Source of the DNA: a bacterium
Lineage (GTDB): Bacteria; UBA8248; JACPRG01; G963555815
Length of the DNA stretch: 64,000 nt
Assembly (NCBI GenBank): GCA_965218795.1
Contig: OZ244653.1
Location: 2,496,001 to 2,560,000 of the forward strand
Direction: 5' to 3'
The notes under the pieces were generated by a model. The model was not told where the DNA came from, ran no database searches, and was given only the letters and a program-made list of their open reading frames with translations. A program made the position numbers and the translations under genes. Positions within the stretch are counted from its first letter, which is position 1, and each line of letters opens with the position of its first letter. Positions 20,722 to 30,528 of this stretch are shown in pieces.

Positions 20722-21636
20722 TTACATGTGGAGGTGGCTCTGGGCCTGTTCCACGATATCGATTCCCACCATTTCGGACCAGGCGTTCAGGAGTCTGTCG
20801 GTGATCGGTCCGGGGATATCCGTCGGGAATTTCACACCGTTGATACTGCACGCCGGGAGGATGTTGGGCGTCGTGCCGGTCAGAAACGCCTCCTGGCCGG
20901 TCATTACATCGTACACCGTGTAATCTCCTTCATGGACAGGAATGTCCGCCTGCCCCGCCAGTTCGAAGACCGTCTCGCGCGTGATGCCCGCCAGGACGTT
21001 CCGGGTGGTGGGCGTATGAAGATCTCCATCCTGGACGAAGAAGAAGTTTGCAGAGCTGTTTTCAGCGACTGCGCCGTCCACGTCCAACATCAGAGAGTGG
21101 GCCTCGGGATCCGCCGCTTGAGCCTCGCGATCGGCGAGGATGTGGTTCATCTTGTTCGAAACCTTCGCCTTCGGGTCCAAAGCCTGAGGGGGATTACGGC
21201 GGATCGACGGCGTCACCAGTCGGATGCCTTCGGTAAAGGCCCTTGAAAAAGGCTTCAGGTTGAGATTGATGCAGTACGCCGCCACCGTCGGCCCCGGGCG
21301 AGGATTGTCATCCCGGCCCAGAATGCCGAGCCCGCGCGTGACGTTTATCCACAAGGCGTAGTCCTCTTTGGGGCCCAAGAGCGGTCGGTTGCGCTCAAGC
21401 ACCTCTTCGCAAACCTTCTCGAACTCGTCAGGCGTCTCCTGAATGTCCAGGCGGGTGTAGGCCATGGAGCGATACAGCCGATCGACGTGCTCGCGGAGCT
21501 TGAACGGCTTTCCCGCGAACGTCCGCGCAACGTCGTACACCCCGTCTCCCACCCGGAACCCCATATCGAACAATGAGACGTGGGCTTGACTTTCCGGCAG
21601 AAACTCTCCGTTCAGATATACGATTCGCTCTGTCAT
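20722..21636 (-). CDS. Class IV PLP aminotransferase (BCAT/D-amino-acid aminotransferase-like)
   Basis: YLNGEF, GDGVYD, HVDRLYRS, PKAK, ENSSANFF, LAGITR, EAFLTGT. Confidence 0.93.
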   Translation of the reverse strand: MTERIVYLNGEFLPESQAHVSLFDMGFRVGDGVYDVARTFAGKPFKLREHVDRLYRSMAYTRLDIQETPDEFEKVCEEVLERNRPLLGPKEDYALWINVTRGLGILGRDDNPRPGPTVAAYCINLNLKPFSRAFTEGIRLVTPSIRRNPPQALDPKAKVSNKMNHILADREAQAADPEAHSLMLDVDGAVAENSSANFFFVQDGDLHTPTTRNVLAGITRETVFELAGQADIPVHEGDYTVYDVMTGQEAFLTGTTPNILPACSINGVKFPTDIPGPITDRLLNAWSEMVGIDIVEQAQSHLHM

Positions 21637-21640
21637 CGTT

Positions 21641-23752
21641 TCACCGCCTTTCCGACGTCTCCCTCGTCAACGTTCCTCTCTCAGGAGACAGGTTGGCCAG
21701 TTGACGCACATGCACCCAGTCTCCCGGATCGGCGCCGAGCACCGTTCGGCTGTAGGCGTCGAGATAGACCCTGGATTTTGTAGTCTTCCCATTGCACGAA
21801 ACCCGGTCTATCGGTCCCACCCATGCCCGAAGGGGTGCCGGGTGGGTCCCCCACAACTCCACGAGCTCCCCCGGCCGCAGGCCCAGCCGGGAGGCCAATC
21901 CCCGCGGCACGAAACACAGTCTCCTGCCGTTCACCAACGCATCCGCTCCGATCACCTCGGCGTCCTCCACCCTGGCGCGGATCCCTCGGGCCAGGGCGCG
22001 CCGTTTCGCCGCCGTTCGGCGTCTGTCGATCTTCAAGCCGAGGCTTCCCCTCCTCTCCGTCTGGAAAACGACCCCGTACAATGCCTCCGCTTCTTTTCGG
22101 GAGATATAGCCAGACAAGACGTCGGCGGCAACATCGTCCACAGGCCGAGTCAAGGGATCACCGTAACCTCCTCCCCCCCCGGACAGCATGACCAGACGGT
22201 CTCCGTACTGGATCGGAAAATCATGAGTCTTTCCTGGGGTTGGGATGTGGACTTCCTTGCCCCCGCGGAGGATGACGGCGGCCGTGGGCTTCCCCAAATG
22301 CCCGCCGCGCAGGCCGTAGCTCGGCAAGACGGCCCGATCCGCCAGCAGGGAATAGGTTCCTTCACTCAGGATACGGACCTGCCGTTTGGCCCCGAGCCCG
22401 CCCCTCCTCCATCCGGCCCCGCCGGAGTCGATCCGCAGGGTGGAACATTCCATGCGGACCGGAAATTCGTTTTCCAGCGCCTCGGCCGAATGGATGCAGC
22501 GCGTGTCTCCCTCATCGAACGCGGCCAACACGCTCTGTCCGTCGGATTCGGTGTACCCACCGCTTCCGCCCTTGGGCCATTCGTAGTATACGAAGCGGCG
22601 GCCGGTCTCCCGGTGGGTCCCCCCCACCATGTTGTGGAAAACGGTCCCGTACTGATCCGCGGGGACGCGGTCAGGGATGGCCTGGGCGAGCGCCCCGAGC
22701 ACCAAGCCGGTGGCCCGCTTCTCCACCTCGCAACACCCACCGACGGGCGCCGGGTGCAGCGCATTGAAGACGGTTCCTTCCGGAACCACCACGTCGATCG
22801 GCCGGAAGCTCCCGTGATTGACCGGATGGTCCGGGTCCAGAAGCGTCTTGATAGGGATGAATACGCCGCTGGCCGTAACGGCGTAAGAACAGTTAATGGG
22901 GTGCTCCACCTGAGAAGCGGTCCCCGTGAAGTCGGCGACGATGGACCGATCCTTGATCTCCAAACGGACGCAGCAACGCACCGGAACAAAATTTCCATCT
23001 TCGAAGCTTTCCAGGTAATCCTCGTAAAAATACTCGCCCGACGGAATATCGGCAATCTGTGCGCGAGTACGTGCCTCGGCCCGTTCGATGGACTTCTTGA
23101 TGCAGGCGGCCAGCGTTGGGGCCCCGTAACGGTCGATGAGCTCCCCGACGCTTCGATCGGCCAGCTTACACGCCGAGAGGTTCGCGCGAAAATCCCCCCG
23201 GCGATCCTCCGGCAGACGGCAATTGGCGAACAGCAGATCGAGGGCCGAATCGTTGGGACGGCCGCCGTCGTACACCCGGATCGGCGGGATGACCATGCCC
23301 TCCTGATAGATCTCGCGCGCCGCGCCCGAAAGACTCCCCGGAACCATCCCGCCCACGTCCAGCCAGTGCGCCCGAACCGCGGCGAAGAGGAACAATTCCT
23401 TGTTTGCAAAGACCGGCAAGGCGACCATCACGTCGTTGAGGTGCGTACCCCCATAGGCCGGATCGTTCACCAGGAAAACGTCCCCCGGCCGAATGTCGTC
23501 ACCATATCGCTCCATGACGTCCTTGACGGACCACGACATGGGAAGGACGTGCATCGGCAGGTCCTCGGACTGGGCGATCAGCTCTCCCTTTGGATCGAAC
23601 AGCCCGCAGGAGAAGTCGTGACCCTGGCACACCACGGACGAGTAAGCCGTTCGAATGACCGTCACGCGCATCTCACGGACAACGCTCAGGAAGGCTTCGA
23701 TGATCACTTCCAGCGTAATCGGATCGATTTTTCCGATTCGGTCGGGACTCAC
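21641..23752 (-). CDS. Hydantoinase B/oxoprolinase subunit with a C-terminal extension
   Basis: DPITLEV, RTAYS, DFSC, NDPAYGGTHLND, HWLDVGG, QEG, DSGGAG..RGG, GGGGGYGDP. Confidence 0.93.
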   Translation of the reverse strand: MSPDRIGKIDPITLEVIIEAFLSVVREMRVTVIRTAYSSVVCQGHDFSCGLFDPKGELIAQSEDLPMHVLPMSWSVKDVMERYGDDIRPGDVFLVNDPAYGGTHLNDVMVALPVFANKELFLFAAVRAHWLDVGGMVPGSLSGAAREIYQEGMVIPPIRVYDGGRPNDSALDLLFANCRLPEDRRGDFRANLSACKLADRSVGELIDRYGAPTLAACIKKSIERAEARTRAQIADIPSGEYFYEDYLESFEDGNFVPVRCCVRLEIKDRSIVADFTGTASQVEHPINCSYAVTASGVFIPIKTLLDPDHPVNHGSFRPIDVVVPEGTVFNALHPAPVGGCCEVEKRATGLVLGALAQAIPDRVPADQYGTVFHNMVGGTHRETGRRFVYYEWPKGGSGGYTESDGQSVLAAFDEGDTRCIHSAEALENEFPVRMECSTLRIDSGGAGWRRGGLGAKRQVRILSEGTYSLLADRAVLPSYGLRGGHLGKPTAAVILRGGKEVHIPTPGKTHDFPIQYGDRLVMLSGGGGGYGDPLTRPVDDVAADVLSGYISRKEAEALYGVVFQTERRGSLGLKIDRRRTAAKRRALARGIRARVEDAEVIGADALVNGRRLCFVPRGLASRLGLRPGELVELWGTHPAPLRAWVGPIDRVSCNGKTTKSRVYLDAYSRTVLGADPGDWVHVRQLANLSPERGTLTRETSERR

Positions 23753-25797
23753 CGCCGCCCCCTTTCCAGGACCAGATTTCCGATGCGATCGACGACGCCG
23801 CGCCAGCCCGGCGGAAGAACGGTGGTCGAGCCTTCTTCCTCGACGATGGCCGGGCCCCTGAATCGGGCGTTCCGGCCCAGGCCGTCGCGGCGGTAGATGG
23901 CGGTCGGTACGAACCGGTCACCGAAATACACTTCGCGCTTCTCTCGGGATCGAGCCGCCCCACTACTCCCGGGCGGCAGGAATTCGGGCTTTGGAAGCGA
24001 CGCCGAAACGGTCACGCGATAGTTCACCACCTCTGTCGACTCCCCTTCGTCGCAATGCCCGTAGCGCTCGAGGTGCAGACGATGGAAGTCTCTCTCGACG
24101 TCTTCCGGTCTCTTCCATTCGGGATCAAAAGGCACATCAATCTCATACCACTGCCCAACGTAGCGCAACCCGACCCAACGGTGGAATTGAATCTCTTCGG
24201 ACGGTTCGTGACCGTAGGCCACGAGCTCGAGGCGACCCTCTTTTTCCAACTCCCCCAAGGTTTTCAACATCAGGGGGAGCGGAGTCTCCTTCGACGGCGA
24301 GAGCCGTGTCCGCACCAAGTTCCGGCTGTGGTCGGCGAGCAGAAGGCCCAGGGCGGAAAAGTTTCCCGGCGCCGGAGGAACGATGATCCGGCCGATGGAT
24401 AATTCCTCTGCAATGAATGCAGCGTGCATGGGGCCCGCTCCGCCATAGACCAGGAGGGCGAAATCCCGCGGGTCGAGCCCTTTCCCAACCGTGATCGCCT
24501 TGATGGCGCTGACCATTCGGACGACGGCGATCTCCACGATCCCTTCGGCGAGCCGGACCTCGTCCAGCGATGGAATCTGCCGGTTGACCCGTCGAATCGC
24601 ATCCCGGGACATGCGCCGATTGAGCGTCATTCCGCCCGCCTCCAGTGAATCCTGATTCAGGCGGTTCAGGAACAGGTTCGCATCGGTCACGGTGGGCTCC
24701 GTTCCACCCCGTCCATAGCACGCCGGACCCGGCTCGGCCCCTGCGCTCTTTGGACCCACGGCCAGCACCCCGCCCCGGTCCACCCAGGCGATGCTCCCCC
24801 CGCCGGCGCCGATTGTCTCGATTTCCATCTGAAGTGTCTTGTTGGGATAGCCATGGACCTCGCTCTCCGTCGTCATGGCGGGATTTCCGTCGCGGACGAG
24901 ACAGACGTCCGTGCTGGTCCCGCCCATATCACACGTGATGAGACGCTGTTCGTCCGTCATTCGGCCCAGATGGGAAGCCGCGGTCACGCCGCCGGCCGGG
25001 CCGGACAACAAAAGGTTCACCGGAAGCTTGGCCGCCTCGCCGGGGGAGATGACTCCGCCGCTGGACGTCATGACGTGCAGAGGACCGGTCACCCCTTCCG
25101 TTTCGAGTGTTTCCTGAAGACGCCCCAGATACCGTTGAATGGGCGGGGCCACGTAAGCGTTCAGGACGTTCGTGGAAAATCGCTCGTACTCCCTAAACTC
25201 TCGTACGACTTCGGCCGACGTGGACACGAAGACCCCCGGGTGCTCTGATTGGATCAGCGCACGGGCGCGGTCCTCATTCTTGGGGTTCGCATACGCATGG
25301 AGAAAGCAGACAGCCACTGCCTCGATTCCGTCCCTTTTCATCCGGTCAAAAAGCGGCTTGAGCTTGGCGGGCGTCACGGCCTTGGCGACACGGCCGCCCG
25401 CGAGGGTCCGTTCATCCACCTCCAGTCGAAGGGGGCGGGCAACCAGCGGAGGCGTTTTGTGGTAATCCAGGCGGTAGAGGACCATCCGGTTGGCCAGCCC
25501 GAGCTCCAGAACGTCCCGGAATCCCTTGGTGGTCAAGATTGCCGTCCGGGCGCCCTTTCCTTCCAAAAGGGTGTTCGTCGCAATCGTTGTTCCGTGAGTG
25601 AAACGCAGGATGGAGGCGGCATCGGCGCCGGCCTTGTTCAGTCCCTCCAGGATCCCCTGGGTCAAATCGCTTTGGACCGTGGGTGTCTTCACGGAATGCA
25701 GCCTGCGGGTATGATCGTCATAGACGACGACATCCGTGAAAGTGCCTCCGATGTCCACTCCAATCGTGAGACCGTTCATAGAATCATTCTTTTTCAT
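23749..25797 (-). CDS. Hydantoinase A/oxoprolinase subunit
   Basis: GVDIGGTFTD, HGTTIATN, REYER, LSGPAGG, DMGGTSTD, IGAGGGS, GPACYGRGGTEPTVTDA. Confidence 0.95.
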   Translation of the reverse strand: MKKNDSMNGLTIGVDIGGTFTDVVVYDDHTRRLHSVKTPTVQSDLTQGILEGLNKAGADAASILRFTHGTTIATNTLLEGKGARTAILTTKGFRDVLELGLANRMVLYRLDYHKTPPLVARPLRLEVDERTLAGGRVAKAVTPAKLKPLFDRMKRDGIEAVAVCFLHAYANPKNEDRARALIQSEHPGVFVSTSAEVVREFREYERFSTNVLNAYVAPPIQRYLGRLQETLETEGVTGPLHVMTSSGGVISPGEAAKLPVNLLLSGPAGGVTAASHLGRMTDEQRLITCDMGGTSTDVCLVRDGNPAMTTESEVHGYPNKTLQMEIETIGAGGGSIAWVDRGGVLAVGPKSAGAEPGPACYGRGGTEPTVTDANLFLNRLNQDSLEAGGMTLNRRMSRDAIRRVNRQIPSLDEVRLAEGIVEIAVVRMVSAIKAITVGKGLDPRDFALLVYGGAGPMHAAFIAEELSIGRIIVPPAPGNFSALGLLLADHSRNLVRTRLSPSKETPLPLMLKTLGELEKEGRLELVAYGHEPSEEIQFHRWVGLRYVGQWYEIDVPFDPEWKRPEDVERDFHRLHLERYGHCDEGESTEVVNYRVTVSASLPKPEFLPPGSSGAARSREKREVYFGDRFVPTAIYRRDGLGRNARFRGPAIVEEEGSTTVLPPGWRGVVDRIGNLVLERGRR

Positions 25798-25798
25798 T

Positions 25799-27826
25799 TC
25801 AAGAGAACAGCTTCCGCACCCGAAGTGAACCGCCGGCCTTGACACCCAAAACGGACCGTGCGACGGGATCCAAGACAACCCTCCCATCCGTCAGATCCGG
25901 ATCGATGGAAATCCATGCGCGCAGAGGAACCCCTTTTTTCGATTGAAGCTCAACGGTTTCCCCTTTTCGGACTTTCCACCGGGCAGCCAACGGCCGGCCG
26001 ATGGTACAGATCCGCTTCCCGTCCACGAGTCCTTTCGGATGATTCACATCCGCTTTGCCCACGAGGGCGGTCCATGCGCGGCGTAGACTCCGGCGTTTTT
26101 CCGCCGTTCGCCGGGGGTCGATTCCCCCTCGTCGATGAAAGACAATCCCGTAGTGCTCTTCCGCCGCCCTCCGGGAGATGTACCCAGCGGCCAGATCCGC
26201 CTCCACCTCGCGGAGGGACCGCCCCAGCGGGTCGCCGTAGCCCGCCCCGCCCCCGGACTGCATGACCAGACGATCATCTGCCCGGAGCGTCAGGTTCTGG
26301 GCCTTCCCGGGGGTGGACAGGCGGATTGCGCGGCCGTTGCGCAGAAAGTGCGCCTCCGTGGGACGCCCCGGACCTCCACCCTGAAGGCCGTAACTCGGGA
26401 GGACCGCCCGATCTCCCAACAGGGAATATGTCCCCGGACAGAGCAATCGCACCCGCCGCTTCAATCCGAGCCCGCCCCTCCATCGTCCCGCGCCCCCTGA
26501 GTCGGAACGCAACGCGGACTCCTCCACTCGGACGGGGAACTCCGTCTCCAACGCCTCCGCCGAATGGATGCACCGGGTGTCGCCTTCGTCGAAGGCCGCC
26601 ATCGCGCTTTGCCCGTCCGACCCCAGGTAGGCGCCGTTGCCGCCCTTGGGCCACTCGTAATACACGAAAGGCCTTTCCGTGCAGGGGTTCCTTCCGCCGA
26701 TCATGTTGTGAAAAGTCGTCCCATACTGATCAGCCGCCACCCTTTCGGGGATCGCCTGCGCGAGCGCGCCCATGACCAGCGAGATGACCCGCTTTCGGAG
26801 CTCCACAAATCCGCCCACGGGTGCGGGGTGAACGGCATTCACAATGGTTCCCTCCGGCACAATCAGATCGACCGGACGGAAGACCCCGTGATTCACCGGG
26901 AAATCCGGGTCGAATATCGCTTTGATCGGGATGAAGACCCCACTGGCCGTTACGCTCAGCGAGGCGTTGATGGGATGGGGGACCTGGGGGGCGCTTCCAG
27001 TGAAATCGGCCGTCATCGAGCGGCCATCGACCTTGAGGGTCAGACACCCACGGACGGGAACGAACCGCCCGTCTTCAAAGGTCTCGAGATAGTCCTCGTA
27101 GAAATACGTCCCCGGAGGAACCGTTTCGATCTGCTCCCGGACGCGCTCTTCCGCACGGCCGAGGGATCTCCGAATGCAGCCTGAAATCACGTCCAGAGAG
27201 TAACGGTCCAGGAGCTCATGCGTGCGCAGCTCGGCCTGCCTGCACGCGGCCAGGCACGCTCGGAAATCCCCCTTGCGGTCCTCGGGCAGACGGACGTTGG
27301 AGAAGAGCAGGTCCAGAGCGGCCTGGTTCGGACGCCCCTCGGCATAAGCCCGGATGGGCGGGATGATCACCCCCTCCTGATGGATCTCGGTCGCTCCCCC
27401 GGAAAGGCTGCCCGGCACCATCCCCCCGACGTCCACCCAGTGGACCCGGGTCGCCGGGACGAGAAACAATCGCCCCCCCGCAAACACCGGCATCGCGACC
27501 ATGACGTCGTTGAGGTGCGTTCCGCCCGAGGTTGGGTCGTTCAGGATGAAAACGTCCCCCGGCCGCATGTCCCCGCCGAACTTCTCCATCAGCGTCCGGA
27601 TGGACCACGACATGGGAAGGACGTGTCCGGGAAGGTCTTCGGACTGGGCTACGAGCTGGCCTTCCGTGTCGAACAGGCAACAGGAGAAATCGTGTCCCTG
27701 GCACACGACGGAGGAGTACGCCGTCCGGATGATCGTCACGCGCATCTCCCGAACGATGCTCAGGAGCGCTTCGACCACAACCTCGAGCGTGATGGGGTCG
27801 ATCCTCGTCCTTTTGGCCTTTGCCAC
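25799..27826 (-). CDS. Hydantoinase B/oxoprolinase subunit, second paralog, with a C-terminal extension
   Basis: Same motifs as 21641-23752 (RTAYSSVVCQGHDFSC, GGTHLND, HWVDVGG, YYEWPKGG). Confidence 0.93.
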   Translation of the reverse strand: MAKAKRTRIDPITLEVVVEALLSIVREMRVTIIRTAYSSVVCQGHDFSCCLFDTEGQLVAQSEDLPGHVLPMSWSIRTLMEKFGGDMRPGDVFILNDPTSGGTHLNDVMVAMPVFAGGRLFLVPATRVHWVDVGGMVPGSLSGGATEIHQEGVIIPPIRAYAEGRPNQAALDLLFSNVRLPEDRKGDFRACLAACRQAELRTHELLDRYSLDVISGCIRRSLGRAEERVREQIETVPPGTYFYEDYLETFEDGRFVPVRGCLTLKVDGRSMTADFTGSAPQVPHPINASLSVTASGVFIPIKAIFDPDFPVNHGVFRPVDLIVPEGTIVNAVHPAPVGGFVELRKRVISLVMGALAQAIPERVAADQYGTTFHNMIGGRNPCTERPFVYYEWPKGGNGAYLGSDGQSAMAAFDEGDTRCIHSAEALETEFPVRVEESALRSDSGGAGRWRGGLGLKRRVRLLCPGTYSLLGDRAVLPSYGLQGGGPGRPTEAHFLRNGRAIRLSTPGKAQNLTLRADDRLVMQSGGGAGYGDPLGRSLREVEADLAAGYISRRAAEEHYGIVFHRRGGIDPRRTAEKRRSLRRAWTALVGKADVNHPKGLVDGKRICTIGRPLAARWKVRKGETVELQSKKGVPLRAWISIDPDLTDGRVVLDPVARSVLGVKAGGSLRVRKLFS

Positions 27827-27872
27827 ACTCAGTCCTTTGTCATCTGCCGGAAGCGAACGAACCAGCCTCGGT

Positions 27873-28637
27873 TCAATCATCCAGGAAGGCAATCACCCGG
27901 CTGATGCAGCCGTCTCCACCAACCAGTTTCCAGGGGAACACGCCGATGTTACACCTCCGGCCCAGGACCCGATCGACGTCCCCCCCGATATTCTCGACAT
28001 GCGTGATGTTCTCAGCAAAGGGGATCCGGTGCATGCAGAAGCGGTTTTCGGGGGGGAACACTTCATCCACGGGCCGACCGGCTTTCTTCTCGAACGCCTC
28101 CACGAGGGCGGGCCGCCGTTTGAGGATGGCCCCGTTATTCATGGGGTGGTCAGGCGAGCCGCAGTCGATACCTATCCACTTGAAGCGCATCTGGACGATC
28201 CATTCGGCCAGCTCGACGCCACCGCCCGGCTGACGAAACAGATACTTCTCCTGATCGGGCTTTTTCCCGCAGGCAAAGTAATCATGCCAGCCGGTGTGAC
28301 AGATCACGATATCCTCCGGGCGAATCTCCGCCCGGAGGATGAGGTGCTCGGGCCGGATGATGTCCCACTCGCCCACGGAGTCGCTGACGTCTACGATGAC
28401 CCCCTTGCCGAAGAGCGTATCCAGCGGAATCGACGCAAGGTCGGCCCCCCCTTCGATGGCATGGTTTTGTGCGTCGAAGTGAGTCCCGGAATGCATGCTC
28501 GTTTCATAACGCTGCATAAAAGTCTGATTTCCCGCAACGCCCAGCTCATGAGTTGTCCGGACGACAGGCGGGTCCTGTCCAGGAAACGGCGGCGTGTCCG
28601 CACCCCACGGGTGGCTGAGATCGACGAGCGTCACCAT
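27873..28637 (-). CDS. Cyclase-family metal amidohydrolase (kynurenine formamidase/isatin hydrolase-like)
   Basis: VDLSHP, HSGTHFDAQNH, HTGW, GIDCGSPDHP, HVEN, GGDGCISR. Confidence 0.92.
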   Translation of the reverse strand: MVTLVDLSHPWGADTPPFPGQDPPVVRTTHELGVAGNQTFMQRYETSMHSGTHFDAQNHAIEGGADLASIPLDTLFGKGVIVDVSDSVGEWDIIRPEHLILRAEIRPEDIVICHTGWHDYFACGKKPDQEKYLFRQPGGGVELAEWIVQMRFKWIGIDCGSPDHPMNNGAILKRRPALVEAFEKKAGRPVDEVFPPENRFCMHRIPFAENITHVENIGGDVDRVLGRRCNIGVFPWKLVGGDGCISRVIAFLDD

Positions 28638-28857
28638 TCGTCTTTTCTTCCATTCAAGAGATGGAGCGAGTGGACAAGCAGAAGGTTAGCACATTCGGCA
28701 AACAAGAAAATGAACTGCAACCGTAGGGGACACATTGCAAATTGTTGACGGCCGATTGAACCGTTTGTTAGTTTGTCTTTGCCGATTTCTTGACTGCCCA
28801 AGGGATTCGATTCTCTCATCCTGCACCATTGAACGGCCGACGGGGAAGGATCTGGAC

Positions 28858-30300
28858 ATGTCGTTTTGCGACTTGAGGACGTTTCTGGGTGCCGTGGATG
28901 AACGGGGCGATCTCAAGAAGATCAACGGCGCCCATTGGGATCTGGAAATCGGAACCCTCTCCGAGCTCCTCATCGAGCGGCCCGCTCACCCCGCCCTGCT
29001 TTTCGACGAAATTCCCGGCTACCCCAAAGGCTACCGCGTACTCAGTAATTCGCTATCGACGATTCCCCGCACCGCCATCGCCCTCGGCCTGCCCGCCGAG
29101 ACCAACGGTCTCGAAGTTCTGGATCACTGGCGGAAAAAGATGAGGACCTTCGAGCCCGTCGCCCCCAAACACGTCCGGGAGGGGCCCATCCTGGAGAACG
29201 TCAAGCGCGACGGCAACATCAATTTGTGGGAGTTTCCGGCTCCGAAATGGCACGAAGCCGACGGCGACCGGATGCTGGGCACCGGCAGTGCCGTCATCCT
29301 TCGCGATCCCGACACCGGCCACCTGAACGTTGGCACCTATCGTCTGGCCGTTCACGACGAGCGGACCTTGGGCGTACTGATTATCCCCGGCAAGGACGGG
29401 GATCTCATCATCCGCAAGTATCACGATCGGGGCCAGAACGCGCCGGCGGCCATCACCTTCGGCCAGGAGCCCGCGGTCTTCCTGGCCGCGGGGACGTTCC
29501 TGCCCCCGGCCCTGGGTGAGCTCGAGTTCGCCGGCTGGCTGAAGGGGGAGCCCATCCCGGTCATCCACGGTGAGTTGACGGGACTGCCGATTCCGGCGAC
29601 GGCGGAGATTGCCGTTGAAGGAGAGATCCCGCCCTGGGACGTCGAGCGGCGCGATGAGGGTCCGTTCGGCGAGTGGACGGGATACTACGCGGGGGACCGC
29701 CTGCCCCGGCTGGTCGTCAAGGTGAACGCCGTGATGCACCGAAACGACCCCATCATCTACGGCGCCCCGCCGTTCCGCCCGCCGCTGGCCGAGCTGAGCG
29801 CGGTCCCGTTCTGGGCGGGATCGGCCTGGGAGACGCTGGATGCGGCCGGCGTCCCGGACGTCAAGGGCGTCTGGCAGTACGGAACGTCGAGCTTCATCAC
29901 GGTTGTAGCGATCCGACAACGCTACGGCGGTCATGCGAAGGCGGCGGGACTGATTGCCGCGGGCGCGAAGGGAGCGGAGTATTGCGGCCGCTGGATTATC
30001 GTCGTGGACGACGACGTGAACATCCTGGACATGGGCGAGGTCATGTGGGCTGTGGTCACGCGGGCCAAGATCCCGGACGACTACGACCTCATCCGGGACG
30101 GGTATAGCTCCGCCGTGGATCCCGGCCATCATCCGGAGGTCCGCCGGAGCACCGACCCCCGGGAGCTCACCGTGAATCGGTTCATCATCAACGCCTGCCG
30201 CCCGTTCGACTGGAAGGACGAATTCTCGATAGTCAACAAAGCATCTGAACAGATACGGGAGAAGATCTCCAAAAAGTTCAAGGATGTCTTGGGAGATTAA
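28858..30300 (+). CDS. ubiD: UbiD-family prFMN-dependent (de)carboxylase
   Basis: DLRTFL, PALLFDEIPGY, NVGTYR, PATAEIAVEG, EGPFGEWTGYY, IIVVDDDV. Confidence 0.94.
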   Translation: MSFCDLRTFLGAVDERGDLKKINGAHWDLEIGTLSELLIERPAHPALLFDEIPGYPKGYRVLSNSLSTIPRTAIALGLPAETNGLEVLDHWRKKMRTFEPVAPKHVREGPILENVKRDGNINLWEFPAPKWHEADGDRMLGTGSAVILRDPDTGHLNVGTYRLAVHDERTLGVLIIPGKDGDLIIRKYHDRGQNAPAAITFGQEPAVFLAAGTFLPPALGELEFAGWLKGEPIPVIHGELTGLPIPATAEIAVEGEIPPWDVERRDEGPFGEWTGYYAGDRLPRLVVKVNAVMHRNDPIIYGAPPFRPPLAELSAVPFWAGSAWETLDAAGVPDVKGVWQYGTSSFITVVAIRQRYGGHAKAAGLIAAGAKGAEYCGRWIIVVDDDVNILDMGEVMWAVVTRAKIPDDYDLIRDGYSSAVDPGHHPEVRRSTDPRELTVNRFIINACRPFDWKDEFSIVNKASEQIREKISKKFKDVLGD

Positions 30301-30528
30301 GGGCGTACCTGGGAAGACATGGGAATTGGTTTGAACCAACCCGTTCGGGCATCCGTCAAGGGTGCCGTCAAGTCCTATAGCCGGACGATCAAGAACGAGC
30401 GGGCCCTATGGCAGGGGCGGCTGCAGACCGGAATGTCGGTGGGCGGCTTTGAGCGAGACCCATCGGCCGTCCGACCCGGGGGCATTCCAGACTGGTACGG
30501 ACAATCTGTTCTGGAAGGAGACAAACGG

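Noticed and set aside
21701-23896. 731-aa plus-strand ORF and similar long antisense ORFs (e.g. 29053-30339, 35917-37317, 54619-56076)
   Set aside because: Antisense shadows of GC-rich genes with no recognisable motifs
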